Of a stretch of DNA of 64,000 nt, positions 1 to 12,420 are shown one piece after another. Where the stretch lies: assembly GCA_024137785.1 (NCBI GenBank), contig JAHRHZ010000021.1, positions 41,504,442-41,568,441 on the forward strand, written 5' to 3'. Every line of letters starts with the position of its first letter. Position 1 is the stretch's first letter. The notes beneath the pieces are model-generated. The model ran no database searches, was not told the DNA's origin, and saw only the letters and a program-made list of their open reading frames with translations. A program made the translations under genes and the position numbers. Source of the stretch: Ginglymostoma cirratum. Lineage: Eukaryota.

Positions 1-374
1 CTTCTGCCCTTAATAACTAAGCATTCAATCATTTATTTTCTTAAGAAATTACACATATTCAAATTTTATATACTTTTAAAGAAGGGTGGTAAATAATGCA
101 CATCACTGTCATTGAAATGTAAGAATCAAACTCTTGTTCGCAGTAACACCTGGTGCTGTTCTTGTTCTTAAGGGTCTTTACCGTTAAGACAAATGCTCTA
201 CATATTTAATTTAGATTATTCAGTATATAGTTATTGTATCATTGACTCAGTTTTCACACACCTATCCGTTTGTAAGTTCAGGTCTGTTATAAAAATTAAG
301 CACATATTAGGAGGATGCATCATTGCCTTACCGAGGATATGATGGAGAAGGCGCTGCCTTTCAGATAAGTTGGT

Positions 375-590
375 CAAGCAAATCCCAGAGGGTGGTGGTT
401 GTCTGGAATCCGTTGCCCAATTTTCAGGTTGAGGCAGAAACCCTCAACTCATTTAGAAGGAACCTGGAACTGCACCTGAAGCACAATAATCTACAAGGCT
501 AAGCATCAGAAGTTAATTTATTCAACTGTGCAAATCCAATGGGGTGAATGGCCATTTTCTCTGCTGTAACGTTTCTGTGGTTCTACAATA
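375..590 (+). mobile_element. CR1 3' tail fragment
   Basis: cagagggtggtg..tggaat..gaatggcc..ctgctgtaacgtttctgtggttcta. Confidence 0.65.
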
Positions 591-1146
591 TATCAAAAAA
601 ATGCTAAAACAATACAAACATTACTCCCTTAATTAGCCAGCTGTCCGTATTGGACAACTGGTTTGTGCCAAATTTGCTGATCTCCAGGCTTCTACCATTG
701 TCTTGGTGCCCAGAAAGGGAAGGAGTATTATTAAGGGTTGCTATTGTTATTCCTTCAAACAATCACTGCTGTGTATTCATAGTCATGCCTGACAAATGTG
801 GTCAGAACCAGGCTGATCTGATGCAAGTTAATAATCAGTGGCAAAGTTGAAATATAACTAATTGCAACTTAGGTAAGTTATCATACAGCAACAACTGCTT
901 GTTGAATTTTAGTTAAGAAGTATGGGATGTATTTTTTCAGAAAATGTAGAGGAATAATTGACATTAGCACAGTTCAGACTTCTACAAGTGAGAAAAGAAT
1001 CCCATAGATGGGCTACTACGCAAACAAGCAGCAAACTTACCACAGTTAAATGATTTCTGGACTGCATTTGAAGTAGGGAAGCTTCAGGAGAAACTGACTT
1101 TCTATAAGTTCTTTTACCGCTAATAAAATCTCATGTGTCCCTTTTT

Positions 1147-1367
1147 GGGGGCAGCATGGTGGCTCAGTGGTTAGCACTGCTGCCTCACAGCACCAGGAGC
1201 TCGTGTCTGATTCCAACCTCAGGCAACTGTCTGTGTGGAGTTTGCACATCCTCCCTGTATCCGCGTGGGTTTCGTCCGGGAGTTCCGGTTTCCTCCCACA
1301 GTCCAAAGATGTGCAGGGTAGGTGCAGGTTGGGCCGAAAGGCCTGTCCCCACACTGTAGGGCTACTA
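1147..1367 (+). mobile_element. HE1-type (V-SINE) tRNA-derived SINE, internally deleted
   Basis: A-box TGGCTCAGTGG, core gtgtggagtttgcac...tccggtttcctcccacagtccaaagatgtgcagg, CR1-like tail. Confidence 0.85.
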
Positions 1368-2639
1368 AGAATTCAAAAAAAAACTATGACTACAGTATAT
1401 ATGGTATTATAAATTTCTTACAGTACAACATTTGCTGGAAATCCCTTTGGATCATTCGAAGGTCATGAAAATCTCTCTCAAAGTCCAAATCTTACCGTGC
1501 CATCTCCAGCCAAACCCCTCTATAGCAAGAGCAGCTTGCCTGACTTGCCCTTCTGCTTAATTTAAATATCTTCCAAGATAGAAAGATTGAATATTCAGGG
1601 TGAATGACTTCTTCACAGAATCATGAACGTTAGCCCATTATTATAAAAAAGGGAGATGCAATAAGCGTGAACTTGAGTTTAAGGGTATTACCTCCACATT
1701 CTCAAGTGGCACCATGTTGCTTTTCCTATCTTTCAGGAATAAAAGCAAGATATTTCCTGTAAAAGCATTAGAATGAAATATCCAGTTAACTTAAATCTCA
1801 CTGAAGTATTATGTCACTTCATGGAATTAATCCTTTAGGTGATTGGAATTGTTGCAGCTTTGTAAGTGTAATTATAACATGATAGTTTTGCATGGGCAAT
1901 CACCAGTGTAAGTGCAAAAATAAATAATTTGCACAGAAAAATGTTGGAAAAACAGGCTACTTAACCCAACTAGGAGTCTGTGCTGGGTCATACTGCATAC
2001 ATTTATTGATTAATATTCCTTTTATTCTGGTTTCTCTCTGTCATGTACTTGCCCAGTTTTCATTTTGAAAATATCTTATTTTGCTCAATTATTTCCTGCG
2101 GTAGTGAGATCCATATTTTAACGATAGCAATTACATTTCTTGTGCTTTATAATAATCTTGTTAATGAACACAGTTTTTGGAAACATTGTCTCCACATCCA
2201 CCATGTCCAACAATTCATAAATTTTAATAGCCAAATGTTCAGTTCACTTAAGTCTTCTGTTTGCTAAAGGAAGAATATTTGTTCGATTCTCCCAGGTATC
2301 TACATTCTCTCACTTCTGGTATCATCCTTGTAAAAATTTATTTGCACTTCCTTCAGTACTTCTATATAGTTTCATAATGTGGAGTACATAACTTGCATTC
2401 TCAGTGCATTCTAGCTAGGACTCCAATCAATGTGAACAGAATTCAAACTGGTGAATTTATGGGTCCCTAGAAATAAAACTTCACTTTTAATTGCTTTGGT
2501 ATCCTATAAATCTTACTTTTTCAATGATCCATTCACCTATATCCACGGATCACCTAAATTCTTCTACCTCAATTTTGTTTGATAATACATAGCATAATTT
2601 CATATTCATCTGTAACAAACATTTTGTCTCTTGACTGGG

Positions 2640-2715
2640 CAGTTGCTGGAAAAGCTCAGCAGGTCTAGCAGCATCTGCGAAGAAAAATCAGAGTTAAAGT
2701 TTTGGGTCCGGTGAA
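2640..2715 (-). mobile_element. Family A mini-element fragment
   Basis: ttgctggaaaagctcagcaggtctagcagcatctg...gagttaaagttttgggtccggtga matches the 27778 arm. Confidence 0.7.
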
Positions 2716-3159
2716 GCATCATTAAATTAAATGTATGTCATCATTTAACTTTTGCCCAGCCTCTAACACAGATCTATTGCAACAATGTAATTGGCTTGTC
2801 CCTTTGGACATGTATAATGGCATGGGTGAGCAAGCAGCAATAGAAAAGTCTTCACATCATGTTTGTTAAGATTGAAATATATGTTTTATCAACTTCATTT
2901 TTCTATGCTCACATTTATGAAAAGCCAGCCCAGGCAAACTTGTCATCTTCAAATGACACAATCTATAGCACCTGTTTACAGCCACTTTACTTGAATAAAC
3001 TTGAACTCTCCATTTTCCTTTCTGACAAGTTTTCTATACAAACATCAAGGCGTCACATAAAAACATTAGAATGCAGTTCTTTATAATGGAAGCCGAATTA
3101 TATCCATGCACACCATTTCAATGGCAAAAATGAAATACAGATTTTCTGTACCTACAAAC

Positions 3160-3805
3160 AGACCATGCTAGAAATACTCAGGTATAGCAGTATCTGTGGA
3201 GAGTGAAAAACAGGATTAACATTTCAGGTCCATGACCTTGAAAAAACATTCTGATGAAAAAAGAAAGTTAAGGGTTGGAAGAGTCATTGATTATTTGGGA
3301 ACAGTTTGGACAAAAAAAAGTGTTGAGATAAGAAAGTCAGTTCCATCGGACAGCAACAAGCGAGAACAAGGAATCGCAAGCACAGTCCTATTTGTGGATC
3401 TTGGGGTGGGGAGGGGGAATGTTGGCTATCTGAGGTTGGAGGCTGTTGAGGCAAGATCTATAATAGATTTTGGTGACAGAAAAACAGCTTTACATTCAAT
3501 GATACAGTCATGGCCTGGTGGAAGTGGAGAAGGTGTCAGATAATTAATGTTAAGCCTGGTTATGTAGAGATCAGTACTGCAGACAAAATCACTACCACCT
3601 TGTCAGAAGGTTGATAATAAATGCTTAGGGTTCAGAGAGCTGCAAGTGCAGATGGACATATTTTAAGCTGACTGTGGGAACAAAAAAATACTAGCTAAGA
3701 TCACACTTTTACAGTGACAGATCACAGGCCTGAAATGTTAACTCTCTCCTCAGGTACAGACAGGGTTGCTTAGTTTTTTCACCATTTTCTGGTACAATAT
3801 TTCAG
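3160..3805. mobile_element. Old Penelope-like remnant bounded by inverted family A-like arms
   Basis: Degenerate arms at ~3165-3255 and ~3715-3800. Confidence 0.45.
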
Positions 3806-3994
3806 TTTAATCCTTGAAGCAAAATAACTTGGTCTCTACTCTGCAACACCACAAAAGATTAACTGGTACATTGGAGATGGCACTATGTAAGATTTTCAAT
3901 ACTGTAAAATGATGAATTAGATGAGAAACTATAATTAGCACTCATCTTGCTTTAAAGGGACAGTATACATTATATCTTTCTAGAAATACACTCT

Positions 3995-4100
3995 GCTGTA
4001 CAAACCACACATGAACACAAATTTCTGTTAATTCTGCTTTAATTTAAAATATGTATGTGGAAACAAAATAGAGAGGTAAATAGAATTACATTTATACAAA
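3995..4100 (-). terminator. Probable polyadenylation site of PNPLA3-like mRNA (ATTAAA 4043-4038), 3' UTR about 1.3 kb
   Basis: Two upstream TGTA motifs (~4085-4097), ATTAAA, then GU-rich TTGTGTTCATGTGTGGTTTGT about 20 nt downstream. Confidence 0.5.
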
Positions 4101-5314
4101 AACTTGTAATGTTCAAAAACAGAGATTTGGAATAACGAGGTATGTGTATCAATTAGTTCCGAGAAATAAAAAGGCACTTTGTGACTTTCTCATATCTTCT
4201 TCAAAAAGATCACAGTGAAATTAGCACCAGACAAAAGTTGTCTTTAAAGAGATTTTAAAAAAAGAGAGAGAGAGAAAGAAAATATCACCATTTACTCAAA
4301 GAATTCCAGGCTTTCAGTCACCTTAAATGAATGAACAATAAAATACATTGTGGTTTAAGAAAGTTATGCTTTGTACACACAGTTTTCTGAACTGAAGTAG
4401 CAAGTTCACTCATTGGAAGTTTCATCTTCTGTTACTGGCAGCAGATAGTTGCAGGTATTTAATACTCTATTTATAAGCAAATTTAGAGACCCACTCAGTT
4501 GTTACAACAAGCCTTTCAGCACAAGAATAAACAGCAATACAAACAGTTTTAAAAGGTTAATGTTTCTGGTATTGCAAAAACCATTGCATCAATAGATATT
4601 CAGAAGTGTACATTGTTGTGTAAGATTTTAGTCATCTGAATTCAACATCATTCAAGTACACAAGTCCTAAAGGCAACATACTCAACAGGGATTAATTACA
4701 GCAACGAATTTGAAACACTATCGTTTAGTCAACAAATGCAATCTGTTGTTTCTTCAGTAATGCATGTTTCGGAGTGCACAGTAGGAATAGTACATATACA
4801 AAGGAGAGGTAAATTAATGCACGTGGGTTGGATTAAACTGAATACCCAGTAGTTTAAAATCCAGTGATTGTGCTGTATATGCAAATAAAATAACTTATAA
4901 TCTACTAAATTTATCAGATTGTAAATGATAAATACCATTCTCAGTTGATGAACCATAAACGGTTCAGAATTAATCACCAGTACTGTGGAAGCCATTTGTA
5001 TCTGGTTAACAATAAAGTGCAAACATTAAAAGTCATGCCCTATGTAATTCATAACATGTTGAAGTCTCCTGAAAAACAATTTGATTGTGCAACAACAATT
5101 CTATATGATAGAAGTTTAAGTGGATTTAAGATTATTAATTTGATACAAGATACATTGGTTCCTCTAAGTACAGGAATGACAACTGCAACACATACACACA
5201 CACAACACGCACCTCCAGTTGGCCAAGGGCCAACATTGGCACAATATTCTAATCTCAGAGCTATGCTGAAAAAGATGTCCTGGTCGACTGTCTTTCCAAA
5301 TCTCCTAACACCAT

Positions 5315-5540
5315 TCAGGATTCGGAGCTAGTGAAGAAATGGATTTGCTGGTCTGAAGTCACGAGACCCTGCTTTCCGAAAGCATCAGATTCATACACTG
5401 TTGAGTTCCCCAGCTCCTTCAATCCAAAGTGCTGGGAGTTAAGCTCCGCAGATGAGATTTGTGAAGTGAAGTAAGGTTGGTACAGGTTTGAGATAGGTGG
5501 TAGGCTGAGGCATTTTCTCAGACGTATATTACGTAGAACT
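5315..5540 (-). CDS. PNPLA3: PNPLA3-like last coding exon (VLRNIRLRKCLSLPP...FFTSSES*)
   Basis: ttttccAG acceptor, phase matches exon 8, TGA at 5315-5317. Confidence 0.85.
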
Positions 5541-5862
5541 CTGGAAAATAAGGCAAACATTACCAGAAACTCAGTTCATGGATCAAAACAAGGTTCTTTT
5601 AAAATCAGGCGTAGTTGAGCTTCATTTGAAAAAAAAGGATCAATCAATTCATAACAGCCTTGATGTATTAAAAAAGAAACTTCAAGATCAGTGTTGGATA
5701 AAAACGTGTGCTAACATTCTCGTGGAAATACATTCTAGACAGCCAACAGAACAGCCATCTCCTAAAGTTGCATCTTTGGGATTTTCCAGAATTCTTATTT
5801 GAAACTCGAAACTCATGACTTGAAGAAAATTTTATTAGTGCAACGGTTCCAGATTCGTGTGG

Positions 5863-5973
5863 TAGATATTTTCTAAACAAACTGTTCAGAGATATTATTA
5901 AATACCTCTGGAGCAGGTGGGACTTGAACCCTCCTGGTCTAGAGGTGGGGACATCACCACTGTACAAGAGCCC
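5863..5973 (-). mobile_element. Short (~110 bp) tRNA-derived SINE
   Basis: B-box ggttcaagtcc, tail atctctgaacag...aaaatatcta shared with the 37678 and 63839 copies. Confidence 0.7.
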
Positions 5974-6912
5974 GTCAGATTGGCAAGGTATCTACCGGTG
6001 GAAATGGAGTCAACCTATCAATCAGTGTTCAATTTGCTCGTGATAACTAATTCATTTCCAAATCACAGATACATCCTTTGGGATATTTGGTTAGTTAGCA
6101 TACCCCATTTCCAACACCACCACCACCTCTTTTAGTCTTCATTACATCACCTTGCATGGAGTCACCACAATGCTAATTGATTATACCAATGAGTATGCAG
6201 AAGGGTGTGATCAAAATCAACATTTTTGGATTTGGTGGGCGATTTTACTTTCCTGTTACTAACACCTCCCCACTTATCTGGGCTAAGGATTCGTATTGAT
6301 AAACATTGTCTTGCCTGCACCAGCAGTTAGATTCTTTCATTATCATCAATTCCTGGATTAGCACAGTAACTGGGAATGTTCTGGATCAAAAGGTACAGTG
6401 GTACTGCCTGAGCCACAGACTGATCTTCATACATACCTTCTTAATCCTGAAAGATGCATACTTAGGATTCAAAGGATCAAAGGGTATGGGGACAACATGA
6501 ATTTATGTGGATGATCAGCCATGATAACATAACTGAATGGCACAGCTGGCTTGGAGGGCTGGATGGCCCACTCTTGCTCCTGTTTTCATACTGGTTTGCT
6601 GCCTCATATTGGACTAACAAGAATGGTAGCCTGACAGAGGCCTGTAAAACCTAAAGAAGGAGATCCAAGATTATGGGCAACTTGGTCACGACATTAACTT
6701 ATATTAAGAAAAAGTCACCCTTTGCTTTAAACTAGCTCAAATAAGTTTCTTTGTTCCCAAACATGTTCAAAATTTTCAATTCTTAGTCAATTATATTGCA
6801 TATTGTTCAGAGAGAAAAAAACTGTTTGGAATTGACCCATATGGATGTTATCCTATGCTTGGAAGCTAGAACATCCAAACAAATTTTTCAGACACAGAAA
6901 GGAGCTACATAC

Positions 6913-7035
6913 CTAGAACGTGGACGCAACCAAAACTGCTTTGCTGCTCTGTGATAAATCACACCACTGATAAGGTTTAGTTGTTCACGCATCCAACAGA
7001 CATCTTCAGGGACATCAGGAAGCCACTCCACTAAC
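6913..7035 (-). CDS. PNPLA3: PNPLA3-like coding exon 8 (RLVEWLPDVPEDVCWMREQ...LRPRSR)
   Basis: cAG acceptor, AG|GTATGT donor, 123 nt, conserved WLPDVPED motif. Confidence 0.94.
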
Positions 7036-8399
7036 CTGTTTTCCAAAAACACATTTGTCACACGGAAGCTGCGGCAGCCAAGTTATTGCAGTTGAGATGT
7101 TCCTTTATTGACTGAAATCAAAACAGCATTTGCCCAAAACCAAACAGGTTAAAAGAAAACAGGGAATTTCTCTGTTTCAAGCCCTTGCTGGTTGAAGTTA
7201 CATTCATTCTTGGAAGATTGTGCAACAGAAGTCTGACTCTTAGCCAGATGCAACTGAGTTCCTTGCTAGCTGATATTGTAGACAAACTGCCAGTCTTTTG
7301 AAAAAAAAAAAGTACAAGAAATACTGGAATGATCAGGTCACAGCTATGGGGAGAGAGAAACTCCAGGCCAGTGACTTAATGGTTCTGATGAAAGGTTATC
7401 TATTCAGACAGAGTATTTTCAGCATATTTTTTCTTTTAGATTGCCGGGATTTTCTGTATTTTGTTTTCTTTTATGTTGTCCAGAACAATAACTACCGTAT
7501 AATTTCAACCAATGGGGAGTCACTGGCACATGGGGCAAATCCACCCCCAGTTGAGTCAGCACCTGAAACAGCACTGGGTATCACTATGCAGGTTTAGCTT
7601 CCTATGACAAGTATCCTTTCTGACACTCTAATTGCAATTCTGTAAAGTAATAAGGAAATCCAAACATACTGTAAATACACACTCACACAGAAAATGGAGT
7701 CCTCCTTTCACACTGGCCACAGCTCCTTAAGAAGTGACAACCCTCGAATGCCTTGTGAAAATGGCCATTTTCCTTGAGAATTGAACTATATATCTAAGTA
7801 ATTTACTTAGTAGCAGTGGCAATTACACATTTGCACTTTCCATTGGCTTCACTGGGGTGGGAACTGTGGTATATTCTTGTCCATTTAGCCAAGGACCATA
7901 ACTCAGATCCTTCTGTCCTCAACTGGAATCAGTTAGTTGATCTTTACTAAAGAACAAATACATTTTATCATATATTTGCATGTCCTTAAAAATTTAAAAT
8001 AAAAGGTACTTTTACACAGGAAGGGAACCATTAAGCAAAAAGGTGACTACATCATTAAACCTATTTTTAAAAAAAAAGTTATGAGAATGACAACAATTCC
8101 CTAAGCACTGGTAAGGCACAAGAGGTTAATGATTTCCTAGTTCATGAGATCATTCTAAGATGCTTCTAAGAAATGTTTTACACTTTCCTCAAAAAGGGGG
8201 ATTTTCTAAAGGGGTCTGTCCAAAACGGTTGCTAATTTCCTTTAATACTTATCTCAATTCTATGAAAAAGATGTTTGTTTCCAAGTCTGAATGCATCACC
8301 TGATCTTTGTTTTTTAGTAAAAGAGGGAACAGGAGAGGGAATAAAAAGCACACCTTATTCCTAATGCTTCAAATAAATTAAATATACACAGTTTTAGTC

Positions 8400-8800
8400 T
8401 CTTTATTTCAGGAGGAATGTACTTGCACTTCAGAAACTTCAAGGAAGGTTCACTAGGTGGATTATTGCACATGAAGGGGTTGTTTTACAAGCAGGATGGG
8501 CCTGCAGCCGCTGGGAGCTTAGAAGAATGTGAGGTGATCTGATTGAAACAAAAAAATTTGAGGGGGATTGACAGGATGGATTCTGAGAAGGTTTTTGCCT
8601 CAATGAGTCATGAATATATTCAAGGCCAAGATACAGATTTTTGGACTATAAAAGGGAAAAAGCAAACAGTTACAGGCAAAATTGCAAGAAAGTGAAGTGA
8701 AGCCAAGATCCAAGCAGCCATGATCTTACTGAATGGCAGAACATATTAAAGGGGCTGCACAGCCTACTCCTTATGTTGATTCTTTTGTTCTTCTGTTGAA
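8400..8800 (+). mobile_element. CR1 3' fragment
   Basis: agaagaatgtgaggtgatctgattgaaac...cagccatgatcttactgaatggcag. Confidence 0.7.
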
Positions 8801-8892
8801 GGTTCATACAGTGGTCAAACAACTTGGTAAAATAACCATATTTACAAAAGACACTGTGAAGCCAGCTAAATTCGGCTGCTCAGAACACATAC

Positions 8893-9025
8893 CTGCAACC
8901 AAAAGAATAGGCAGACTCCAATGGCAGTGTGTAAGGCAACATTGCATAAGACGCCATTCTAACCAAGAAGAGGTTGCTAAGCTGTGCATAAAGACCACTT
9001 GTCTCCTTACAAGCTTCATGCAACG
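8893..9025 (-). CDS. PNPLA3: PNPLA3-like coding exon 7 (ALHEACKETSG...MLPYTLPLESAYSFGCR)
   Basis: tAG acceptor, AG|GTATGT donor, 133 nt, hydrophobic LPYTLPLES segment. Confidence 0.94.
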
Positions 9026-9210
9026 CTATAGGGGAATAAAATGGAGACGTCAGAACTGAACAGTTTTGGATTGATTACATACCCTGGGGGTTTTACAAAA
9101 ACTCACACCAGGATCATATCCATGAGTCAGTGTATCATATTTCTATAATGGCCAGATTTAAGAATTCATAACTGGATTAGCTAAGGCAAGCATTTCTGTT
9201 TTAAACTTAC

Positions 9211-9459
9211 CGTTACAAAGTCTTGGTGGTAAATTTTCTATTTTTTCATCCAAGGCTGATGACCAATGCTTTTTCCTCAATTGTTGATTGTTTGATTTGG
9301 ATTTTGGTGCTGAAGCTTTGTTTGTAACCATTGCTACCTCCCCCTTTTCCGGAGATTTGCTAGAACAATCATCCTGATTCTGTTTGTAAGATCTGTCAAT
9401 CTCCTTCACTGATGTGACAGAAGTCAAATCAACTGTAAGAACCGGCATTTTAAGCAGAT
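9211..9459 (-). CDS. PNPLA3: PNPLA3-like coding exon 6 (NLLKMPVLT...DEKIENLPPRLCN), low-conservation linker
   Basis: Polypyrimidine tract plus cAG, G|GTAAGT donor, 249 nt open in correct phase, ends in LPPRL as in ATGL. Confidence 0.88.
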
Positions 9460-10009
9460 CTGAGAAGCAAACAGAAACAAGGTAGATTGACATATGAAAT
9501 AATATCTTAAAAGAAGCTAACATGGATTGCCACCATGTAGTAGAAACTGCAAAACAACTAGAACAAGTCAATGCTTCTTAAACATTGTAACACTGAAAAA
9601 AAAGAGTACTGGCACAAAGACACTAAACTTCTGATGTGAAGTACTTTTACATTCTGGGGTAAAATAGAACAAAATTCCCTTCTTTCAGGAAATCACTTAA
9701 ATTTCACAGTCAGACCAGACTCTCTTTGGATTCGGGCTGCATTCACTTTCTAGTTTTGACAGCTATGCGATGCACAAATGGTGTGAATACATCTAAATCA
9801 TATTTTTATTTTAAAAATAAAAATCAATAGATAAATGATACTCAGAATGCTGTTTGCTTAAAAAAATTAGAAATATTTTATAGTTTGTGAAAAACAAGCG
9901 CTACTCCTAGAACATTTTTAACTGAAAAATTAAGTGTAGAAAATGGCAGCTACAATGCAGATTAATAATATGCATAATCAAAACCCTGCAAGAGAAATTC
10001 AGAACTTAC

Positions 10010-10070
10010 TATTTCCTTTGAGAAATCGAAGTGCATCTTCGTAACCTTGATGGCACATTTCACCAAGCAC
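10010..10070 (-). CDS. PNPLA3: PNPLA3-like coding exon 5 (VLGEMCHQGYEDALRFLKGN)
   Basis: ttttcAG acceptor, A|GTAAGT donor, 61 nt; not in ORF track, read manually. Confidence 0.94.
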
Positions 10071-10339
10071 CTGAAAATAGATTGCATCAACTTAATTTTT
10101 GTTTAAAAATAAAGGCAGGCTGCACAGGAAAATAAATAAAACTGTGTAAAGACATTCTGCCTTGTTTTAAGAAAGCATGTTATGCTAACAGAGAAAAGAG
10201 GTAGCAGTAGAATTTTTTTTGAAAGAAATCACATAAGATCACTTCCGGGTGTAATTACCCACTCTTCAAGCTTACACAAGATAGACACGATACATCTTTC
10301 TCCCCACTGCATTCAGTTAAACTAGAACACAATTCAGAA

Positions 10340-10560
10340 GAGCTAGAACCAGAAGTTGAAGTTTTTTTTTGCCTTGCACTCAGCACTACGATGCAAGAAA
10401 CAGACTTGGGGTAAAAAAGAAAACAGAGACACCATTTTATACAGAATGCAAAGAGCGTGCTGATTGGTTGGGCCATTATTTGCTGGAGATGCAGCAAGAA
10501 AAGTTAGCCATCAACTCAATTCTCATACCAGACAATGCAGATTCTGATTGGTCAAGTTGT
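10340..10560 (-). repeat. Interspersed repeat with CCAAT+TATA cassette (inverted copy of 11250-11480)
   Basis: Reverse complement cccaaccaatcagcac..cattctgtataaaa..ccccaagtctgtttcttgc matches 11337-11410. Confidence 0.65.
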
Positions 10561-11249
10561 TGCCAAGGGATGCCACAGAGTTTGGCTGTCTCCATCATTT
10601 TTTTGTTGAAAAGTTGTAATGTATGAACAAATTCCTTATGCTGACATAAAATTTAAACCTTTATGTACAACATGCAAAAGCACATTGTGGGCCCAGCTGA
10701 CGATCATAAGTTAGTTGCCAGTATTAGTCTGGATTTTCTTTTAAAATAAAATAATTTTCAACAGCCAAATCATTTGTAATGATAAATATATTTAGAAACT
10801 AATCCACAGATGGTTTTTTCCACTGAAAGGCCTTTGTCATCAGGCCAAAAAGACATTTTCGCTACAAGTGTGAGGAATGTGATACGGGTTTCAGTGCAAG
10901 TGTAAAGCCTGGAATGCTAGCTGTACATCCCAATGACTGGCAGACCGTAATCAAACAACACGTCCTGTTTACCATTTGCAGCTAACAGCATCCTCACTGC
11001 GTTCAACTAGCTCACCTGTGCAAGCCTCAGAAGTATATCCACCATTAGATGTGATTCTGCCATTAGAAATCACTTGTTAAAATAAATCAGAACTGTTCTA
11101 AGAGTTGCACCAGGAATGTGTGATGTATTTGCTCATGCTAGGAGCCACATAAAACCTCAGTATCTGGTTTCGTGTTAGAAAAAGCAATTTGTGCATACAT
11201 TTTACTTTTTCAAAATGAAAAGGATGATGGAGACAGCTAAACTATTTGT

Positions 11250-11480
11250 AATCCTTGATCAATCCAAGTCTGCCTGCCTGGTCTAACGGTTAAGATTGAC
11301 AGTTAACTGTTCTCACTGCATCTCTGTCACTTATAACCCAACCAATCAGCACTCTCTCTCATTCTGTATAAAACAAAGTATTTTCTTTTTCCCCAAATCT
11401 GCTTCTTGCCTCCTTGTTTTGAAGAAGTGTGTGGGGGTAAAACGTGGTAACTTTTAGGCTTTTCTTAAGCAATTTTTAAG
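11250..11480 (+). repeat. Interspersed repeat with CCAAT+TATA cassette
   Basis: ccaat 11342-11346, tataaaa 11367-11373; homologous to 10340-10560. Confidence 0.65.
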
Positions 11481-11529
11481 TTCTCTATTACTATGCATCT
11501 GGGAAAATGATCTGGAAAGGCAAGTTAAT

Positions 11530-12420
11530 TTACAATAGCCAAATTTGCAAATTACACAAAAATAGATGGAAGGCAAGTAGTTAGGATAACTCAAAGTCTG
11601 CAGAGGGAGATTGACAAGTGAAAAGAATGGGCAAAAACTTGCCAGACGGAAAACAATGTGGGGAATTGAGGTTATGCATTTTGTCAGAGGAGAAGAGAAG
11701 CCTCATGTTATTTAACTAGAGAAAGGCTGCACAAAGCTACAGAACAGAGGGACCTGTGACTCTTCATCCATGAATCACAAAAAGCTGGCAACCAAATTCA
11801 GTGGGTAATAACGAAGGTAATGAAATGTTGGCCTTTTTTTCAAAAAGTGAAGAGAGTCTGGAAGTATGAAGGTTTTACAAAAAACTGTACAAAGCACAAA
11901 TCAGGCCTCAGCTGGAATACTGTCAACAGTTTTGGCCCTTCAAAAGGGAGATATAATGGTCAATGGAGGCATTCCGGAGAAGGTACTAAACTGACAGTGA
12001 ACATGGAGGGTATCTCTGACGAGGAGAGGTCGAGTAGGTTGGGCCTATACTCTTCAGAATTTAGATGAATGAATGAGAGGAGATCTTACTGAAACATAAA
12101 TTCCTACAGAATCTTGACAGAGTAAGGTAAAAAAAGGTAGTTTCCCCTCTAGGGATAGTCTAGAACCAAAACGCATGATCTCAAAATAATGAGTCATGAA
12201 TTCAAGACAAAGGGGAGCTGAGGGTTGTGAATAGGTGGAATTCTTTATTAAAGAGCACCGTCAAGGTTGGGTCATCAAATATATTCAAAGCTGAGACAGG
12301 CAGATTTTTAATCCATAAAGAGACTCCAGGCTTGTGCAGAAAAGTAGAGTTGAGTATTATTAGATCAGCCATGATCTCATTGAATAGTGGAGTCGTCTGA
12401 AAGGCCTACTACGTCTTATA
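11530..12420 (+). mobile_element. CR1 ORF2 3' remnant
   Basis: ggcctcagctggaatactg, gatcagccatgatctcattgaatag tail. Confidence 0.75.

Noticed and set aside
1147-1220. tRNA-like A/B boxes (also 37690, 48500, 48650, 59600)
   Set aside because: They are SINE heads followed by SINE cores, not complete cloverleaves.
1-4000. SAMM50 first exon expected downstream of PNPLA3
   Set aside because: No MGTVHAR-like coding sequence or CpG island seen; probably outside the window.
5261-5314. ATG immediately after the PNPLA3 stop (MVLGDLERQSTRTSFSA*), possible readthrough or reinitiation
   Set aside because: TGA-A is not a known leaky context; 17 codons is compatible with chance.
10255-10400. Ser-rich minus-strand ORF near exon 5 as an extra PNPLA3 exon
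   Set aside because: Exons 4 and 5 already join in frame with conserved sizes; region overlaps a repeat and lacks a convincing acceptor/donor pair.
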